Positions 11,601 to 20,713 of a stretch of 64,000 nucleotides of DNA are shown piece after piece (position 1 is the stretch's first letter; every line of letters begins with the position of its first letter). Source of the DNA: a virus. Both the position numbers and the translations under genes were made by a program. The stretch lies in the IMG/VR virus record IMGVR_UViG_3300023179_000016, positions 89,400-153,399 of that record. One strand, written 5' to 3'. A model generated the notes under the pieces. The model made no database searches. It saw only the letters and a program-made list of their open reading frames with translations, and was not told the origin of the DNA.

Positions 11601-13882
11601 ATTTAAAAGTTAGAATCGGCGTAGACAGAATAATAACTCAGGGCATATATCAGATACAGAATGAGTCTGGTTCAAACGGTGAACCAGTTTGGGGGGTACT
11701 AAACGACGATAGAAATCTAATTAGATTTATTGGCGGTGGTTGGGGTAGCTATGTAGGAACAGAGTCTGCATCGATAAGCAACAACAATACGGCAAATTCT
11801 TCTATAGAAATTACTTTTTATGGTACTGGTTTAAATATACTAATGGTAAGAGATGTTGGACAAGCACCAGCATTAAGTTATCAATTAGACGGTCAGCCGC
11901 AAGTTTCATTCTTGTCTGGAACATTTTCTCAAGTAATTAACTTTAAGAATTATGCGTCAAATTCTATAGTTTCTGTTGTATCCAATCAGACTTTAGGTTT
12001 ACATACTGTAAAAATAAATCAAACCAATACAGCATATTGGGAAGTATACGGATTTGAAGTATTAAACGAGTCTGCAAATGTAAATGTTCGTCCAGGTATC
12101 GCATATGGCGGCGGTAAAAAATTAATATCGTCTTCTGCATCAAGTGTCGCCTATAATGGCGGAACATTTGATTCTGTTACACAAGATGGAGTATCTACAT
12201 CGTTCTCTACTACTCGTGGAGCCCGAGTATTAACTTATATCAAATCAGATGGAACTATAGGTAAATCAGCTTATCTTACTAATGCTTCTTCACTTGAATT
12301 GACATCAGCAAATCATACTTACGAAGAAGTAGCTAGAACGTACTATCCCAGAGAATTTGGCAGCGGTAGAACGCTAGACGATTCTTCTAACCTGCTTGCC
12401 TTTAATAATTTATTTGATACTGCAGGACCAAGGGGTTTTACGCTAGATGATGGCGTAACCACACTAGTTGCAAGTAAATCAATTATAGCAACTACAGGCG
12501 GCGTTGAAGTATTAAGGGTAGGTTATCAAAGTACGGCAAATGATTATGTAATGTTTACTTTCGTAGGTACCGGTCTAGACATTATGCATGTGGAAGCTAG
12601 TTCTCAATCTAGTCCAGATTCATATACATATTCTATAGATAGTTCTAGTCCTCAACCGCTATTAACTACTGGTATAACTACTCCAACTATTCAAAAAATA
12701 GTATCTGGCTTACCATATGGCACGCACACGTTAATAATTAAACGTTCAAATACGAATCCTACTTATTGGGACTATGGTATAGTAAAATTTATAGTGTATC
12801 AACCTAAAAAACCATCTATTCCTGCGGGTGCGATAGAACTAGCAGATCACAATATAATGGCTAATTTTGCCTTTGCCGGTGCTGGTCAATATACCGTATC
12901 TACCGGCACCTTAAGAAGAAACAACATGAGAGAGGCCATATATAGTGGATCTAGTTGGGTACTTGGAACAAGCTATACTAGCACATGGGGCACTGGAATA
13001 TATACTGAAACTAATAGTCAAAACGCATATATAGAGTATACGTTTTTTGGTACCGGTTTTGATTGGAAGCATATAACTAATACAACTCAAACATCTAATT
13101 GCACAGTAACGTTAAATGGATCGCCATTAAACAACACATATCCTGGAGCAGCATCTATAACGGTAAGACATGCAGGTAACGGAGGCTTTTCAAGTTCTCC
13201 AACATTAAGCAATAGTAGTGCACTTTTAAGTACACTTACTTCAAACATTTTAAACAAAAACGGAAGTCTCGCTTCTGCAAGTTTTGGTATTTCTGGTCTT
13301 CCTTTGGGTCTATATAAACTTAGATTTACTCAAAGTGCTGCCACATCTGCAAGCACATATATGACATCACTTTATCTAGATGTGATCACTCCGATACATT
13401 CATTAAGATCCAATACAAATTCCAGTATTCAAAATGCTCTTACTGTGGGTAATTGTTCTGTCTCAGACAGCAGGCTTACATCTCCCATAAAGACAGAAAG
13501 TCCAAAAAAGAATATAAATAAGGCGCAAGGCATCACGGGTGGATTAACGCTCACAACAACAGCCAATACATATACAGCTATGACAGATATGATTTTAACT
13601 GTAAAATCTGAAGGTAGTTGGTTCTTAGTTGGTTATAGCGTTAATATGCAAATGAACGGTGCATACGTAGGATGGACTTCAATATATTTAAACGGTGTAA
13701 TAGTTCAAGAAACTGAACAAAGAATATACAGTATAACTGGTGAAATACCTCAATCATGTTATGCCCCAGTATATCTTCCAAAGGGAACACATAATTTAGT
13801 ACTTATGTGGAAAATAAATAATGGAGCTGGCACATTGACTAGTAATTTCACTAACAGAGTAATCACAGCAATCAGCATCTAA
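5636..13882 (+). CDS. Very large tail fibre / baseplate-attached receptor-binding protein (2748 aa)
   Basis: Position after baseplate; HGLxxGDxITITGSxxFNGTY repeats; DHGLLTGLTDQDHPDY fibre motif; Gly linker; C-terminal ~800 aa of repeated beta-sandwich modules (FTFxGTG / GLxxGxHT). Confidence 0.75.
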   Translation: MAVLGRVLISSGERLDLPDLLSVDSYTAGDFKFLLKGLVGEDTPYILKGFDIIDPENAIGTQSCSIRVADSVVFYPGSGAGSFYHGLEEGNTLSAPLVPELRKNAVNYIYLTFSTTNTSIDTRAFWDPDKDGGNGGEFTQDVNTESVLKVEVNVSVGSFPQNTIPIAKVTVGAVVISSIEDARTMLFRLGTGGINPNPFNTYAWRSLPATAYQRTEPPTKTTAGGVNPFQGADKNIYTLKEWMDVIMSKLREIGGTTYWYEDISTYSLISSFVDATSTAFKSKGKWLHDSSTPGLLTWTEDVHIKTTSDLRTYIVRSGSKTLTDEQVMYLPLTRNQPINTTDDVVDWVNGQACVNTIGGSVGLFSQLSKGDYVKKINDSNDKFLRVEEFYDSINLSGSTTTSSLAKSIRLSSNYLGTSGAEKGRYDKGIYAVSDVIVSDRNQTTISSVGGNFHWMAMRSDSIQNISSISTTYLSINIEEHDGATALVTSTSPHGLVDGDRITITGSANFNGTYTVEVETTTTLYIAKTGGTFADEYSRSAQYATVTTSARYTPYSLQLESANHGFKTNDTITVSGTTNYNGSYKISVRSDNTFTIPVPSYLSSESVGSATLAKTIVRTEGSVIQVVQGEGAAIGGDSVESIRQFVGMQSLTETNPSYAVPASYNTIDGFVNYNSSASENLTARVSKLTAMMADKAQDKTIKLMPSGYQSITNTTSGAYQQITFNALPSGTPRLDVVLPSSTNNGYALLSGNISLQTNQAAYIQIDRNAAFSYANLAAVTIANIKSVPLDENVLVLALRTTGTNVWLWDGLNVVAGATVPTLSYLDTIVRQNRTLKMIGNGQWQWNLATNTLSWSDDVYIQIPSLSDARNTIPAGSAVLSGNDIVAYVDINRSSGATTNLTVNTANISSLTLNDDRVIIARRYQDDVIVGSNSMRLVHGDLKGLDSDDKIVKVTVVDNINFALPTGTSITVDGISLANGDTVLFTKANKVCMLTGVGTSLTWTQLNSFNGATTPPEGALVFSKNGTSAYNTLWMRSGSAWRQVEHTQITKEPTGFPNRTDTTISFNNSTRTFTITPTGAFFEVYQKGKPYRFDSAQSKTITNTEGLHYIYFDNGILQSTQTFDIAIIKEYVFVATIQWDATNQVRIMFGDERHGLTMDGETHSYLHQSIGARYISGLSAGNFTTSGTGSSNSDAQLSIANGTVRDEDLSFDYTNSATPTQPFQQILSPIANIPMYYRSGASGNWRKDTATAYSLKQGTSRIKWNNPAGPWTTPDASSDDNYVAVWLFSSNSQEEPIIGIVGQREDTTLNNALANNTYESISFGSLPSLELKVLYRLIFQTSSAYTNAVKARLVDVRDLRRAVDVSLGAYAPSDHGLLTGLTDQDHPDYSIFVNSPSSYVGALKQIQVSDNNDVQKALNSLDRFFAQMRLAPHPSNGNRVIMSGADQALTNGITLTQNIKDLMISFDGAQIDFSTGAVYKADGLTALGVNFTPATITSNQYRWYSITGIASSINSDNTINLQLIVLPASGDGATPTAAPKAAYAKGIQIGSIVVRENGLGGITAITASSIRQLGIGGGGSSSDTGSGLGDDINTLRFKASFSDDFSDSPTSSSSAVNSSLTTASYNTANTLYRLSYDASRTVTGTGTSMTLSGTPSYTVVAGDMLVVGSEARRIVTVSTQTSYIIESAFSSNPSGAAACVSQAVHTNDVRAHNENSTGLALNSVITDSVNTFMLRYRDSAASGDTIWDFPSSALIAASASADNSNWTAPFTRVTSLSAQEPIRTVSVSGSQFRVRFFANAVSGTGAVNILDYKAYLHEDIGTVSGTTMDQAYCLTNGTGTSVNCSVSSATGKTRITTTWAYATSVNPGTQQGQIMVILDGKILPRYIDATLTPSGYYKEISGQVIELDSNYSSVALEIDIKKMVNAVDTTSQNSTNISYIQDMSTAGLQGFVDESSVLIASSTMTAGQLGGNGIFRSTITNRASIPDLANDLKVRIGVDRIITQGIYQIQNESGSNGEPVWGVLNDDRNLIRFIGGGWGSYVGTESASISNNNTANSSIEITFYGTGLNILMVRDVGQAPALSYQLDGQPQVSFLSGTFSQVINFKNYASNSIVSVVSNQTLGLHTVKINQTNTAYWEVYGFEVLNESANVNVRPGIAYGGGKKLISSSASSVAYNGGTFDSVTQDGVSTSFSTTRGARVLTYIKSDGTIGKSAYLTNASSLELTSANHTYEEVARTYYPREFGSGRTLDDSSNLLAFNNLFDTAGPRGFTLDDGVTTLVASKSIIATTGGVEVLRVGYQSTANDYVMFTFVGTGLDIMHVEASSQSSPDSYTYSIDSSSPQPLLTTGITTPTIQKIVSGLPYGTHTLIIKRSNTNPTYWDYGIVKFIVYQPKKPSIPAGAIELADHNIMANFAFAGAGQYTVSTGTLRRNNMREAIYSGSSWVLGTSYTSTWGTGIYTETNSQNAYIEYTFFGTGFDWKHITNTTQTSNCTVTLNGSPLNNTYPGAASITVRHAGNGGFSSSPTLSNSSALLSTLTSNILNKNGSLASASFGISGLPLGLYKLRFTQSAATSASTYMTSLYLDVITPIHSLRSNTNSSIQNALTVGNCSVSDSRLTSPIKTESPKKNINKAQGITGGLTLTTTANTYTAMTDMILTVKSEGSWFLVGYSVNMQMNGAYVGWTSIYLNGVIVQETEQRIYSITGEIPQSCYAPVYLPKGTHNLVLMWKINNGAGTLTSNFTNRVITAISI

Positions 13883-13897
13883 TTAAGAGAGATACAT

Positions 13898-14236
13898 ATG
13901 GTTAAATACACTATTGAAATTAAATGGAAAGATCACTCGATAAATCTTGAATCTTTAGAAAAATGGCTAAGAGAAAATGCTGGCGAGCATTATTGCGGCA
14001 ACTCTGCAGATATTAATCTTAGATTGCACTTTTTAGAAGAACCATCTGAAGATGTAAAAGACGCAATCATGGCAAAAATGGAAGAACTAGATGATCCAGA
14101 GCATGAGATGTGCAAGTCTTATATGTCTCATGCAGAAAAGACAGAGGCGAAGAAGAAAGCAAAAGAATCTGCCATTAGGGCACTTGCAGATGTATCTGGT
14201 CTATCTAAAGAACAAGTAGAGGCCTTATTGGGATAA
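13898..14236 (+). CDS. Small charged protein, possible tail-fibre assembly chaperone
   Basis: 112 aa directly after the fibre gene; C-terminal LSKEQVEALLG helix is common in fibre-associated small proteins; function inferred from position. Confidence 0.4.
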   Translation: MVKYTIEIKWKDHSINLESLEKWLRENAGEHYCGNSADINLRLHFLEEPSEDVKDAIMAKMEELDDPEHEMCKSYMSHAEKTEAKKKAKESAIRALADVSGLSKEQVEALLG

Positions 14237-14239
14237 TTT

Positions 14240-14791
14240 ATGGCTAGGATAGCTGGTATTCATTACAATCCTGACGTCATCGGATCAGTTAAACCTTTTG
14301 CAGGATCAGATCTGCCGATTGGTTTTCTTTTCTGCGATGGTTCCCCAATATCCAGAACCGCCTATCCCTTATTGTTTGCTGCAATTGGAACTACTTATGG
14401 CGTTGGTGACGGTTCTACAACCTTTAATTTACCTGATTTTCGTGGTCGAGCTGCAATAGGTAAAGATAATATGGGTGGCACAGCCGCAAATAGAATCACT
14501 GCTGCAGGTTCTGGTATAACTGGTACTACCTTAGGTGCTACAGGTGGCGCAGAAACACATACACTAAGTATTGCTCAAACACCGTCTCATTATCACCATT
14601 TAACTACAGCAAATAACAACGGATGGGCATACGATAACAATTTCTCAAATCCTAATAACAAGTGGTCTTCTGTTGTAGCCATAAATAGCGGCTTATATTC
14701 TGCGGATAGATCTGAATCAATTGGAGGAGATGGGCCTCACAACAATACGCAACCATCATTAGTTATTAATTATGTCATTAAGGCATCGTAA
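14240..14791 (+). CDS. Phage tail collar domain protein (short fibre)
   Basis: Canonical collar motif GSVKPFAGSDLPIGFLFCDGSPISRTAYPLLFAAIGTTYGVGDGSTTFNLPDFRGR, plus GGAETHTL..PSHYH and HNNTQPSLVINYVIK. Confidence 0.9.
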   Translation: MARIAGIHYNPDVIGSVKPFAGSDLPIGFLFCDGSPISRTAYPLLFAAIGTTYGVGDGSTTFNLPDFRGRAAIGKDNMGGTAANRITAAGSGITGTTLGATGGAETHTLSIAQTPSHYHHLTTANNNGWAYDNNFSNPNNKWSSVVAINSGLYSADRSESIGGDGPHNNTQPSLVINYVIKAS

Positions 14792-14847
14792 TATAAACTT
14801 ATATGATCATAAATTACCTTATTAAAATTAACAATTAAGAGAAGACA

Positions 14848-17571
14848 ATGCCAATAACTACCGATCTAAATAAAAAAAGCAATGTGCGGTTCAATTCGGC
14901 AGCAGATTTGAGTGCAAATCTTAGTCAGCCAGTTATAGCTCGTTATAATGCTATCTCTACAGCCGGTCAAACTACCATATCTCTCCCATTCTTAGTGGAT
15001 CAATCTAATACCGACGCATGCTTTGTCTTTGTAAACGGTCAGAAACTCACGATCGGTTCATCTAATGACTATATATTTTCTGCGATAGATGGGGCAAATT
15101 CGTCATCGTTGATCACTTTAAGCTCTGCTCTTACCGCGGGACTAAATATTGAAGTATTCAAGATGGGTCTCAAGAGAGAAATTGAGTTTCAGACTGACTC
15201 TCGCTTCACGCAGATGTATGATCTATATGGTGCCGGCTTTCAAGGTTTCGTAGATGAGAGTTCTCGCCTAACTGCGACAAGCGGCACACCAACATCTACG
15301 CAATTTAAATCTACCGTAATTAACCGCGCATCTATCCCAGATATAGCAAACGATCTAAAAGCTAGAATTGGCATAGAAAGAATAATAACCCAGCAAATAT
15401 ATCAGATACAAAATGAGTTTGGACCAAATGGTGAACCCGTATGGGGAGCATTAAATGACGATCGCGGGTTGATAAGATTTGTCGGAAATTGGTTCAATCA
15501 AAATGATAATTATGGCATTCGCGCATATTCTTCTAACAGCACATCTGATTACGTAGAGATTACATTTTACGGGACAGGGTTGAATCTATTGCATGTTGCA
15601 AATCCGACAGGTTATGCGTATGCTGTCTCTATTGACAACAATATAGGTGTATCAGAAACTACATATGTCACTCCAACTACCACATCAAATATTCTTGGAG
15701 TGAGAAATTACTCCTCTAATCAACAAATAAATGTAGGATTGGGTTTGACACTTGGTCTTCACACTGTAAGAATAAGAAATGCCACAACTACAAGTTCTAG
15801 TATTAACTGCTATGGTTTTGAAGTTTTAAATGAATCCTCAAGCGTTAATGTGCGGCCTGGCATAGCTTATCAAAACAATAAAAAAGTAGTCTCAAGTGCT
15901 GTAAACTCTATTGCATATAATTCTGTAGCCACTGGCACTAAAGGTGGACGCGTTCTTGTATATCAGAAATCAGACGGCACTGTAGGCCAGAGTTGGCAAG
16001 CGGTAGATTCTGGTTCTCCACTTTATCTCACTAATGCTAACCATACCAATGAAGAGGTAGTTAGAGCATATCATTTGCGCGAATTTGGTGCCGGTAGGGG
16101 TTCTAACGTATCCAATAACTTCACCGGAGATGATTTTAGTACGCTTACCTCTAGCGTTTCGAGTAGGGCATTTACATTAGATGATGGAACTACTACTCTT
16201 GCCGGTAATGCTGTAAATACAAATCAAGGATCAGGGCTTCCAGAAGGACTTTATTTGAACGCTTCGGGTAGTTTTTGGACTTTTACTTTTATTGGTACTG
16301 GTATAGATATAGTTCAATATGACTCAGGTTCAGGAACAGATACTACGTTGCAGATGACTATAGATGGCAGTTCAGTTGGAACTTATACTACTGGAAGCAC
16401 ATCTATGAGAACGGTAAAAATCGCATCTGGACTATCTTATGGAACACATGTGTTAAGGTTGACTAGAGCCGCAGGTAGTACTCTAATTCCCACCGTTGTT
16501 AGATTTATTGTATATCAACCTAAAAAACCTTCTTTACCTTCCGGCGCAGTAGAGCTTGCTGATTACAACGTGATGGCTGATTATGTTCTTAATTCAACTG
16601 CCAACGTATTAAATTTAGGTACAGGGGTCTTAAGAAAAGTTATTACTAGAGAAGCCACATATGTTGGAACTTGGTCTATATCTTCCGTTGCGACAAGTGA
16701 AATAAGTGGTTTTTCTACTAATTCTTCTACTACTGGGGACTATGTACAGTTTGTTTTTTTTGGTACGGGGTTTGAATATAGGTTTTCGACTGACGCATCT
16801 ACGCCTACTTGGCGGATTACAATAGATGGATCGTTTAACCTATCAACTTCTAACTCTTCTCCTGTAGGTGGTGCTGGATGGAGTGGCGCGGTATCGGCAG
16901 ATACCAATAAATATGGAACCGGTATATCCACATGGACATCTAGCAGTGGAACATTGGTATTAGCAGCTTCTGCTAGCAATAGCAATGGCATAAGAGTTAA
17001 CGGATTATCTATAGGTCTTCATACTGTTAAAATTGAAAAGACAGCAGGCACTGGCAATATTTATAATACAGGTTTTGATATTGTCACGCCTATTCATTCT
17101 CATAAGCCTAATTTATACGCTGATATACAAAACACCTTACTAATTGGATCTCAGGGTATTACCGACAATAGAAGATTTACTCCGATTAAAGAAGCCCTGC
17201 CTTCTCAGAAATCTTGGGTTCAGGCAGTTGGTGTTACAGCTAATCCTACAACCACTGTCTCTTCATATGTTCCGTGCCCCGACATGAGTGTTACTATAAA
17301 AACTAATGGACAGCCTATACAGATACAATATTCGATCTCTATAACTAACAATGGGGGCTCATATTCTGCCTTTAGAGTTTACGTTGATGGTATTGCCGTT
17401 GGAGTTAGAAAAGGTGCGCATACAGGGTCAGGATTAAACACGAATCTTGGCGATACAATAATCGTTCCTGTGTCTGCAGGCACGCATAAAGTAGATATTT
17501 ATTGGTTAACTTTTGGTAACATATTAACTGCAGAAACTATAGATAGAGGTCTCATAGTACGAGAACTTTAA
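14848..17571 (+). CDS. Tail fibre / receptor-binding protein paralogous to the C-terminal part of the 2748-aa fibre
   Basis: Shares blocks QGFVDESS, RASIPDxANDLK, IYQIQNExGxNGEPVWG, FTLDDGxTTL and FIVYQPKKPS with 5636-13882. Confidence 0.75.
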   Translation: MPITTDLNKKSNVRFNSAADLSANLSQPVIARYNAISTAGQTTISLPFLVDQSNTDACFVFVNGQKLTIGSSNDYIFSAIDGANSSSLITLSSALTAGLNIEVFKMGLKREIEFQTDSRFTQMYDLYGAGFQGFVDESSRLTATSGTPTSTQFKSTVINRASIPDIANDLKARIGIERIITQQIYQIQNEFGPNGEPVWGALNDDRGLIRFVGNWFNQNDNYGIRAYSSNSTSDYVEITFYGTGLNLLHVANPTGYAYAVSIDNNIGVSETTYVTPTTTSNILGVRNYSSNQQINVGLGLTLGLHTVRIRNATTTSSSINCYGFEVLNESSSVNVRPGIAYQNNKKVVSSAVNSIAYNSVATGTKGGRVLVYQKSDGTVGQSWQAVDSGSPLYLTNANHTNEEVVRAYHLREFGAGRGSNVSNNFTGDDFSTLTSSVSSRAFTLDDGTTTLAGNAVNTNQGSGLPEGLYLNASGSFWTFTFIGTGIDIVQYDSGSGTDTTLQMTIDGSSVGTYTTGSTSMRTVKIASGLSYGTHVLRLTRAAGSTLIPTVVRFIVYQPKKPSLPSGAVELADYNVMADYVLNSTANVLNLGTGVLRKVITREATYVGTWSISSVATSEISGFSTNSSTTGDYVQFVFFGTGFEYRFSTDASTPTWRITIDGSFNLSTSNSSPVGGAGWSGAVSADTNKYGTGISTWTSSSGTLVLAASASNSNGIRVNGLSIGLHTVKIEKTAGTGNIYNTGFDIVTPIHSHKPNLYADIQNTLLIGSQGITDNRRFTPIKEALPSQKSWVQAVGVTANPTTTVSSYVPCPDMSVTIKTNGQPIQIQYSISITNNGGSYSAFRVYVDGIAVGVRKGAHTGSGLNTNLGDTIIVPVSAGTHKVDIYWLTFGNILTAETIDRGLIVREL

Positions 17572-17659
17572 TAAGCATTTATGACTAAAATTTTAAATAA
17601 TTATATTAAGACAACATATCTACACAGTTATAAATCTAAGAATTAGGTAACCATAACAT

Positions 17660-20353
17660 ATGGCAATAACAAATTTAAATTACGGTTCGTTAGCTTCTCC
17701 TACGCAGCAAAAATTTACTATAACCGGTTCGGGTACATACTACACACCGCCTAATTGTCTATATATACGTGTGAGAATGGTCGGCGGCGGCGGTGGTGGC
17801 GCGGGCGGTGGTGGTGGTTCCGCTGGAAGCGGCGGCTCGGGTGGTAACACTACTTTCGGTTCATCCTTGCTTACAGCTAACGGAGGAACGGGCGGCGCAC
17901 CGGCTGCTACTAGCGGCGTTGCTGGTGGTGGTGGCGCGACAATTAACTCTCCCGCCTATGGATCGGCACTCGGTGGTGGTGCGGGGTCTGGAGGAAATAG
18001 TTATCTTGTGGCCGGTTATGCTGCCGGTATGTCTGGCGGCGTCAATCCACTCGGTGGGGCCGGCGCGTCAGCGGCCAACGCTGCTGGCGGGGCTGCGGCG
18101 ACTAATAGCGGCGCGGGCGGCGGCGGTGGTGGTAGTAACCAGTCGGGCGGCGGAACAGGCGGTGGCGGTGGTGCCGGCGGTTATATTGAGGCAATCATTC
18201 CCAGTCCTTCGACGACCTATTCTTATTCGATTGGAACAGGAGGAACAGCGGGGACAGCCGGAACCAACGGATTTGTTGGCGGTGCTGGCGGTTCTGGTGT
18301 AATTATAGTCGATGAATTCTATACCTTTACCGGTGGAGTTTCTAGTGGAACTACTGTAGTAGGTTCAGGTCTTAAAAATTATCTTGCTTCTGTTACAACG
18401 TCAAATGGTGCAAATTCTCTATCTGGTAATTTTGAAGGCGGTTCGACAGCCTCATTCTCTCTAGCAAATACAGCACTATCTTCACAGTTGGCTCCTACAT
18501 CTGTTGCTTCAGCCGGTATAGAATTTAGTTCTTCTAACGGCGGTACCAATGCTAATGCAAATCTTAGCCTAAGTTCTACTGGTGCTAATCAACTTACAGG
18601 TCTATATTCTGCATTATTGTCTTCTAGTGCTTCATCTACTGCAGGCAATATGTTAGTGTCTAAAGCTTTTTACATAGACAAGAGCGATCAGGCAAAAATA
18701 TTGCAGATAAGTTTTAATTATAGCGTAATAAGCGGTGGAACTAATTTAGTTCTTTCGGGCACGTCGACGAACTCATTTGCAATATGGGCATATGACGTTA
18801 CAAATGCTGTATGGATACAGCCTGCAGGCGTATATAATATAACTCAAGGTACTGGTGTTGGGACATGCACGGCAACTTTTCAAACTACATCTAATAGTAC
18901 TCAATATCAAATAGCGCTGATAAATGTAAATGCTACATCTGGGGCGTATACTTTAGCCTTAGATGAATTTTCTGTTGGACCGCAAATAAAGTCTATCGGT
19001 CCTGCCATGTCGGATTGGCAATCTTATACACCCGCATTTACAGCATCAACAGTTAATCCATCGCTTGGATCTGGCGGAAACTTTAATCAGCAAGGTCGCT
19101 GGCGACGTGTTGGCGATACCATGCAAGTGCAAGTTTCTCTAACTTGGGGAACTTCTGGTACTTCGTTCGGCACTGGGACTTATCGCATCGGATTGCCATC
19201 TGGTTATAGCATGGATACAGCCAAGATCGCGACATCCGGCCCAGGCGGTGTTGGCGTTTTGCAAGGACAGGCAGCCTATTGGGACGCTTCTCCAGGAACA
19301 GGAGCATCTGATCTCTTAGCGGTATATGATGGCTCGGGGACCGGCTATATATCTCTCTCGCGCCTTGGTGGCGGCAGTAACGTCAACCCGACGGCGCCTA
19401 TCACTTGGGCGAACGGGGACACGATCAACGCTGAGTTTTTCGTACCCATCGCGGGCTGGTCGTCCAATACGCTGATCTCCGACTCGGCGGATACGCGGGT
19501 GGTGGCGTTTAATGCCGCAAATACTTCAAATCAAGCGGTCACGGCGAGTGTCACAACGCTTGCTTTCCCTAATAACGTATCAGACAGCCATGGAGCATTC
19601 AGCGGAACCAATACCTACATCGTTCCAGTTCCGGGAGACTATGTAGTCAATGGGATCTTTGTAGTCATCGGAACGACAACTGATATCTACGTTTATCTAA
19701 ACGGTTCAAGCAGCGTGCACCTTGTCGGCGTTGCTAATACTTCCCAAGCATTTAATGGATCGGCCCTGCTTAGAAACCTAAAAGCAGGTGATGCAATTAC
19801 TCTTCGCGCAAGCAGCAACACAACGATTGCCGGTTCCACCGATAATTGTAGGCTGCAAATTTACCGGCTCTCCGGCCCATCGCAGATCGCAGCGAGTGAG
19901 GTCATTGCATGCAGAGCCTATCTGAGCGCCGGTAAATCTATTTCAACGACAAACTTCAGCACGATTGCTTACGATGTAAAACTTTACGACACTCACAACA
20001 CCTATAACACAAGCACCGGCCTCTTTACTTGTCCTTCACCCGGCTACTATCGAGTCACCGCTGCGTTAGGGGCTGACGCGACTGCGGCAGCCAGACATTT
20101 TGAAATTCGCATTATTCAAAACGGCACATCTGCGACACCGCCAGTTGGCGGGACAATTCAAGCGATTGCAACCGGGACAAAGCCGTCAGGAACCACTTCT
20201 TATCGTTTGAATGCAAACGGTACGGCAACATTTTTATGTAACACAGGCGACACGATTCAGGCGGCAGCAGCGGCCCATGACACGGCTTTTACGTCGGATT
20301 TCGGAAGCTATAACAACTCGATCATGATCGAGCGAATCGGCGGTGTGATGTAA
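17660..20353 (+). CDS. Tail fibre protein with glycine-rich domain and C-terminal C1q/TNF-like modules
   Basis: GSGTYYTP..YIRVRMVGGGGGG glycine-rich domain; WQSYTP and GRWRRVGDTM fibre motifs; two modules with DSHG/DTHN, YIVPVPGDY/FTCPSPGYY and LKAGDAI/NTGDTI. Confidence 0.75.
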   Translation: MAITNLNYGSLASPTQQKFTITGSGTYYTPPNCLYIRVRMVGGGGGGAGGGGGSAGSGGSGGNTTFGSSLLTANGGTGGAPAATSGVAGGGGATINSPAYGSALGGGAGSGGNSYLVAGYAAGMSGGVNPLGGAGASAANAAGGAAATNSGAGGGGGGSNQSGGGTGGGGGAGGYIEAIIPSPSTTYSYSIGTGGTAGTAGTNGFVGGAGGSGVIIVDEFYTFTGGVSSGTTVVGSGLKNYLASVTTSNGANSLSGNFEGGSTASFSLANTALSSQLAPTSVASAGIEFSSSNGGTNANANLSLSSTGANQLTGLYSALLSSSASSTAGNMLVSKAFYIDKSDQAKILQISFNYSVISGGTNLVLSGTSTNSFAIWAYDVTNAVWIQPAGVYNITQGTGVGTCTATFQTTSNSTQYQIALINVNATSGAYTLALDEFSVGPQIKSIGPAMSDWQSYTPAFTASTVNPSLGSGGNFNQQGRWRRVGDTMQVQVSLTWGTSGTSFGTGTYRIGLPSGYSMDTAKIATSGPGGVGVLQGQAAYWDASPGTGASDLLAVYDGSGTGYISLSRLGGGSNVNPTAPITWANGDTINAEFFVPIAGWSSNTLISDSADTRVVAFNAANTSNQAVTASVTTLAFPNNVSDSHGAFSGTNTYIVPVPGDYVVNGIFVVIGTTTDIYVYLNGSSSVHLVGVANTSQAFNGSALLRNLKAGDAITLRASSNTTIAGSTDNCRLQIYRLSGPSQIAASEVIACRAYLSAGKSISTTNFSTIAYDVKLYDTHNTYNTSTGLFTCPSPGYYRVTAALGADATAAARHFEIRIIQNGTSATPPVGGTIQAIATGTKPSGTTSYRLNANGTATFLCNTGDTIQAAAAAHDTAFTSDFGSYNNSIMIERIGGVM

Positions 20354-20713
20354 TTAAAAAAGAAGCATATCGCCGACATCAATATATACTTGCGAGTCTA
20401 TGTTGTGAGATATAGCAAAACGAGAATTCCAAGTAATCGTGACTCCGCTCACGTTATTATCAGATGTCATGTGTATGTTGATCTTACATTTGGGGTCAAT
20501 TATGGACAGTCTTTCTAACAAAGATCTTTTAGCCATCATTAGCCAACTATCATCTGTCTTGATCAGATCGCCAGAATCTTCAAAGTTTCTAAAAAAATCA
20601 AAGACTGCCGCCCTATAGTCTTTAGGGTCTATAGAGTTTTCTTTCTTTTCTCTTCTGTCTTTTATCTTCTTGTCTATCTCATTTAATAGATTTGATTTAA
20701 TACTTGGACTCAT
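20354..20713 (-). CDS. Hypothetical protein
   Basis: 119-aa ORF, last of the minus-strand operon; its stop abuts the fibre stop. Confidence 0.6.
   Translation of the reverse strand: MSPSIKSNLLNEIDKKIKDRREKKENSIDPKDYRAAVFDFFRNFEDSGDLIKTDDSWLMMAKRSLLERLSIIDPKCKINIHMTSDNNVSGVTITWNSRFAISHNIDSQVYIDVGDMLLF

Noticed and set aside
5636-20353. Diversity-generating retroelement or invertible fibre cassette
   Set aside because: No reverse transcriptase or invertase in the window, and the duplicated regions differ broadly rather than only at adenines.
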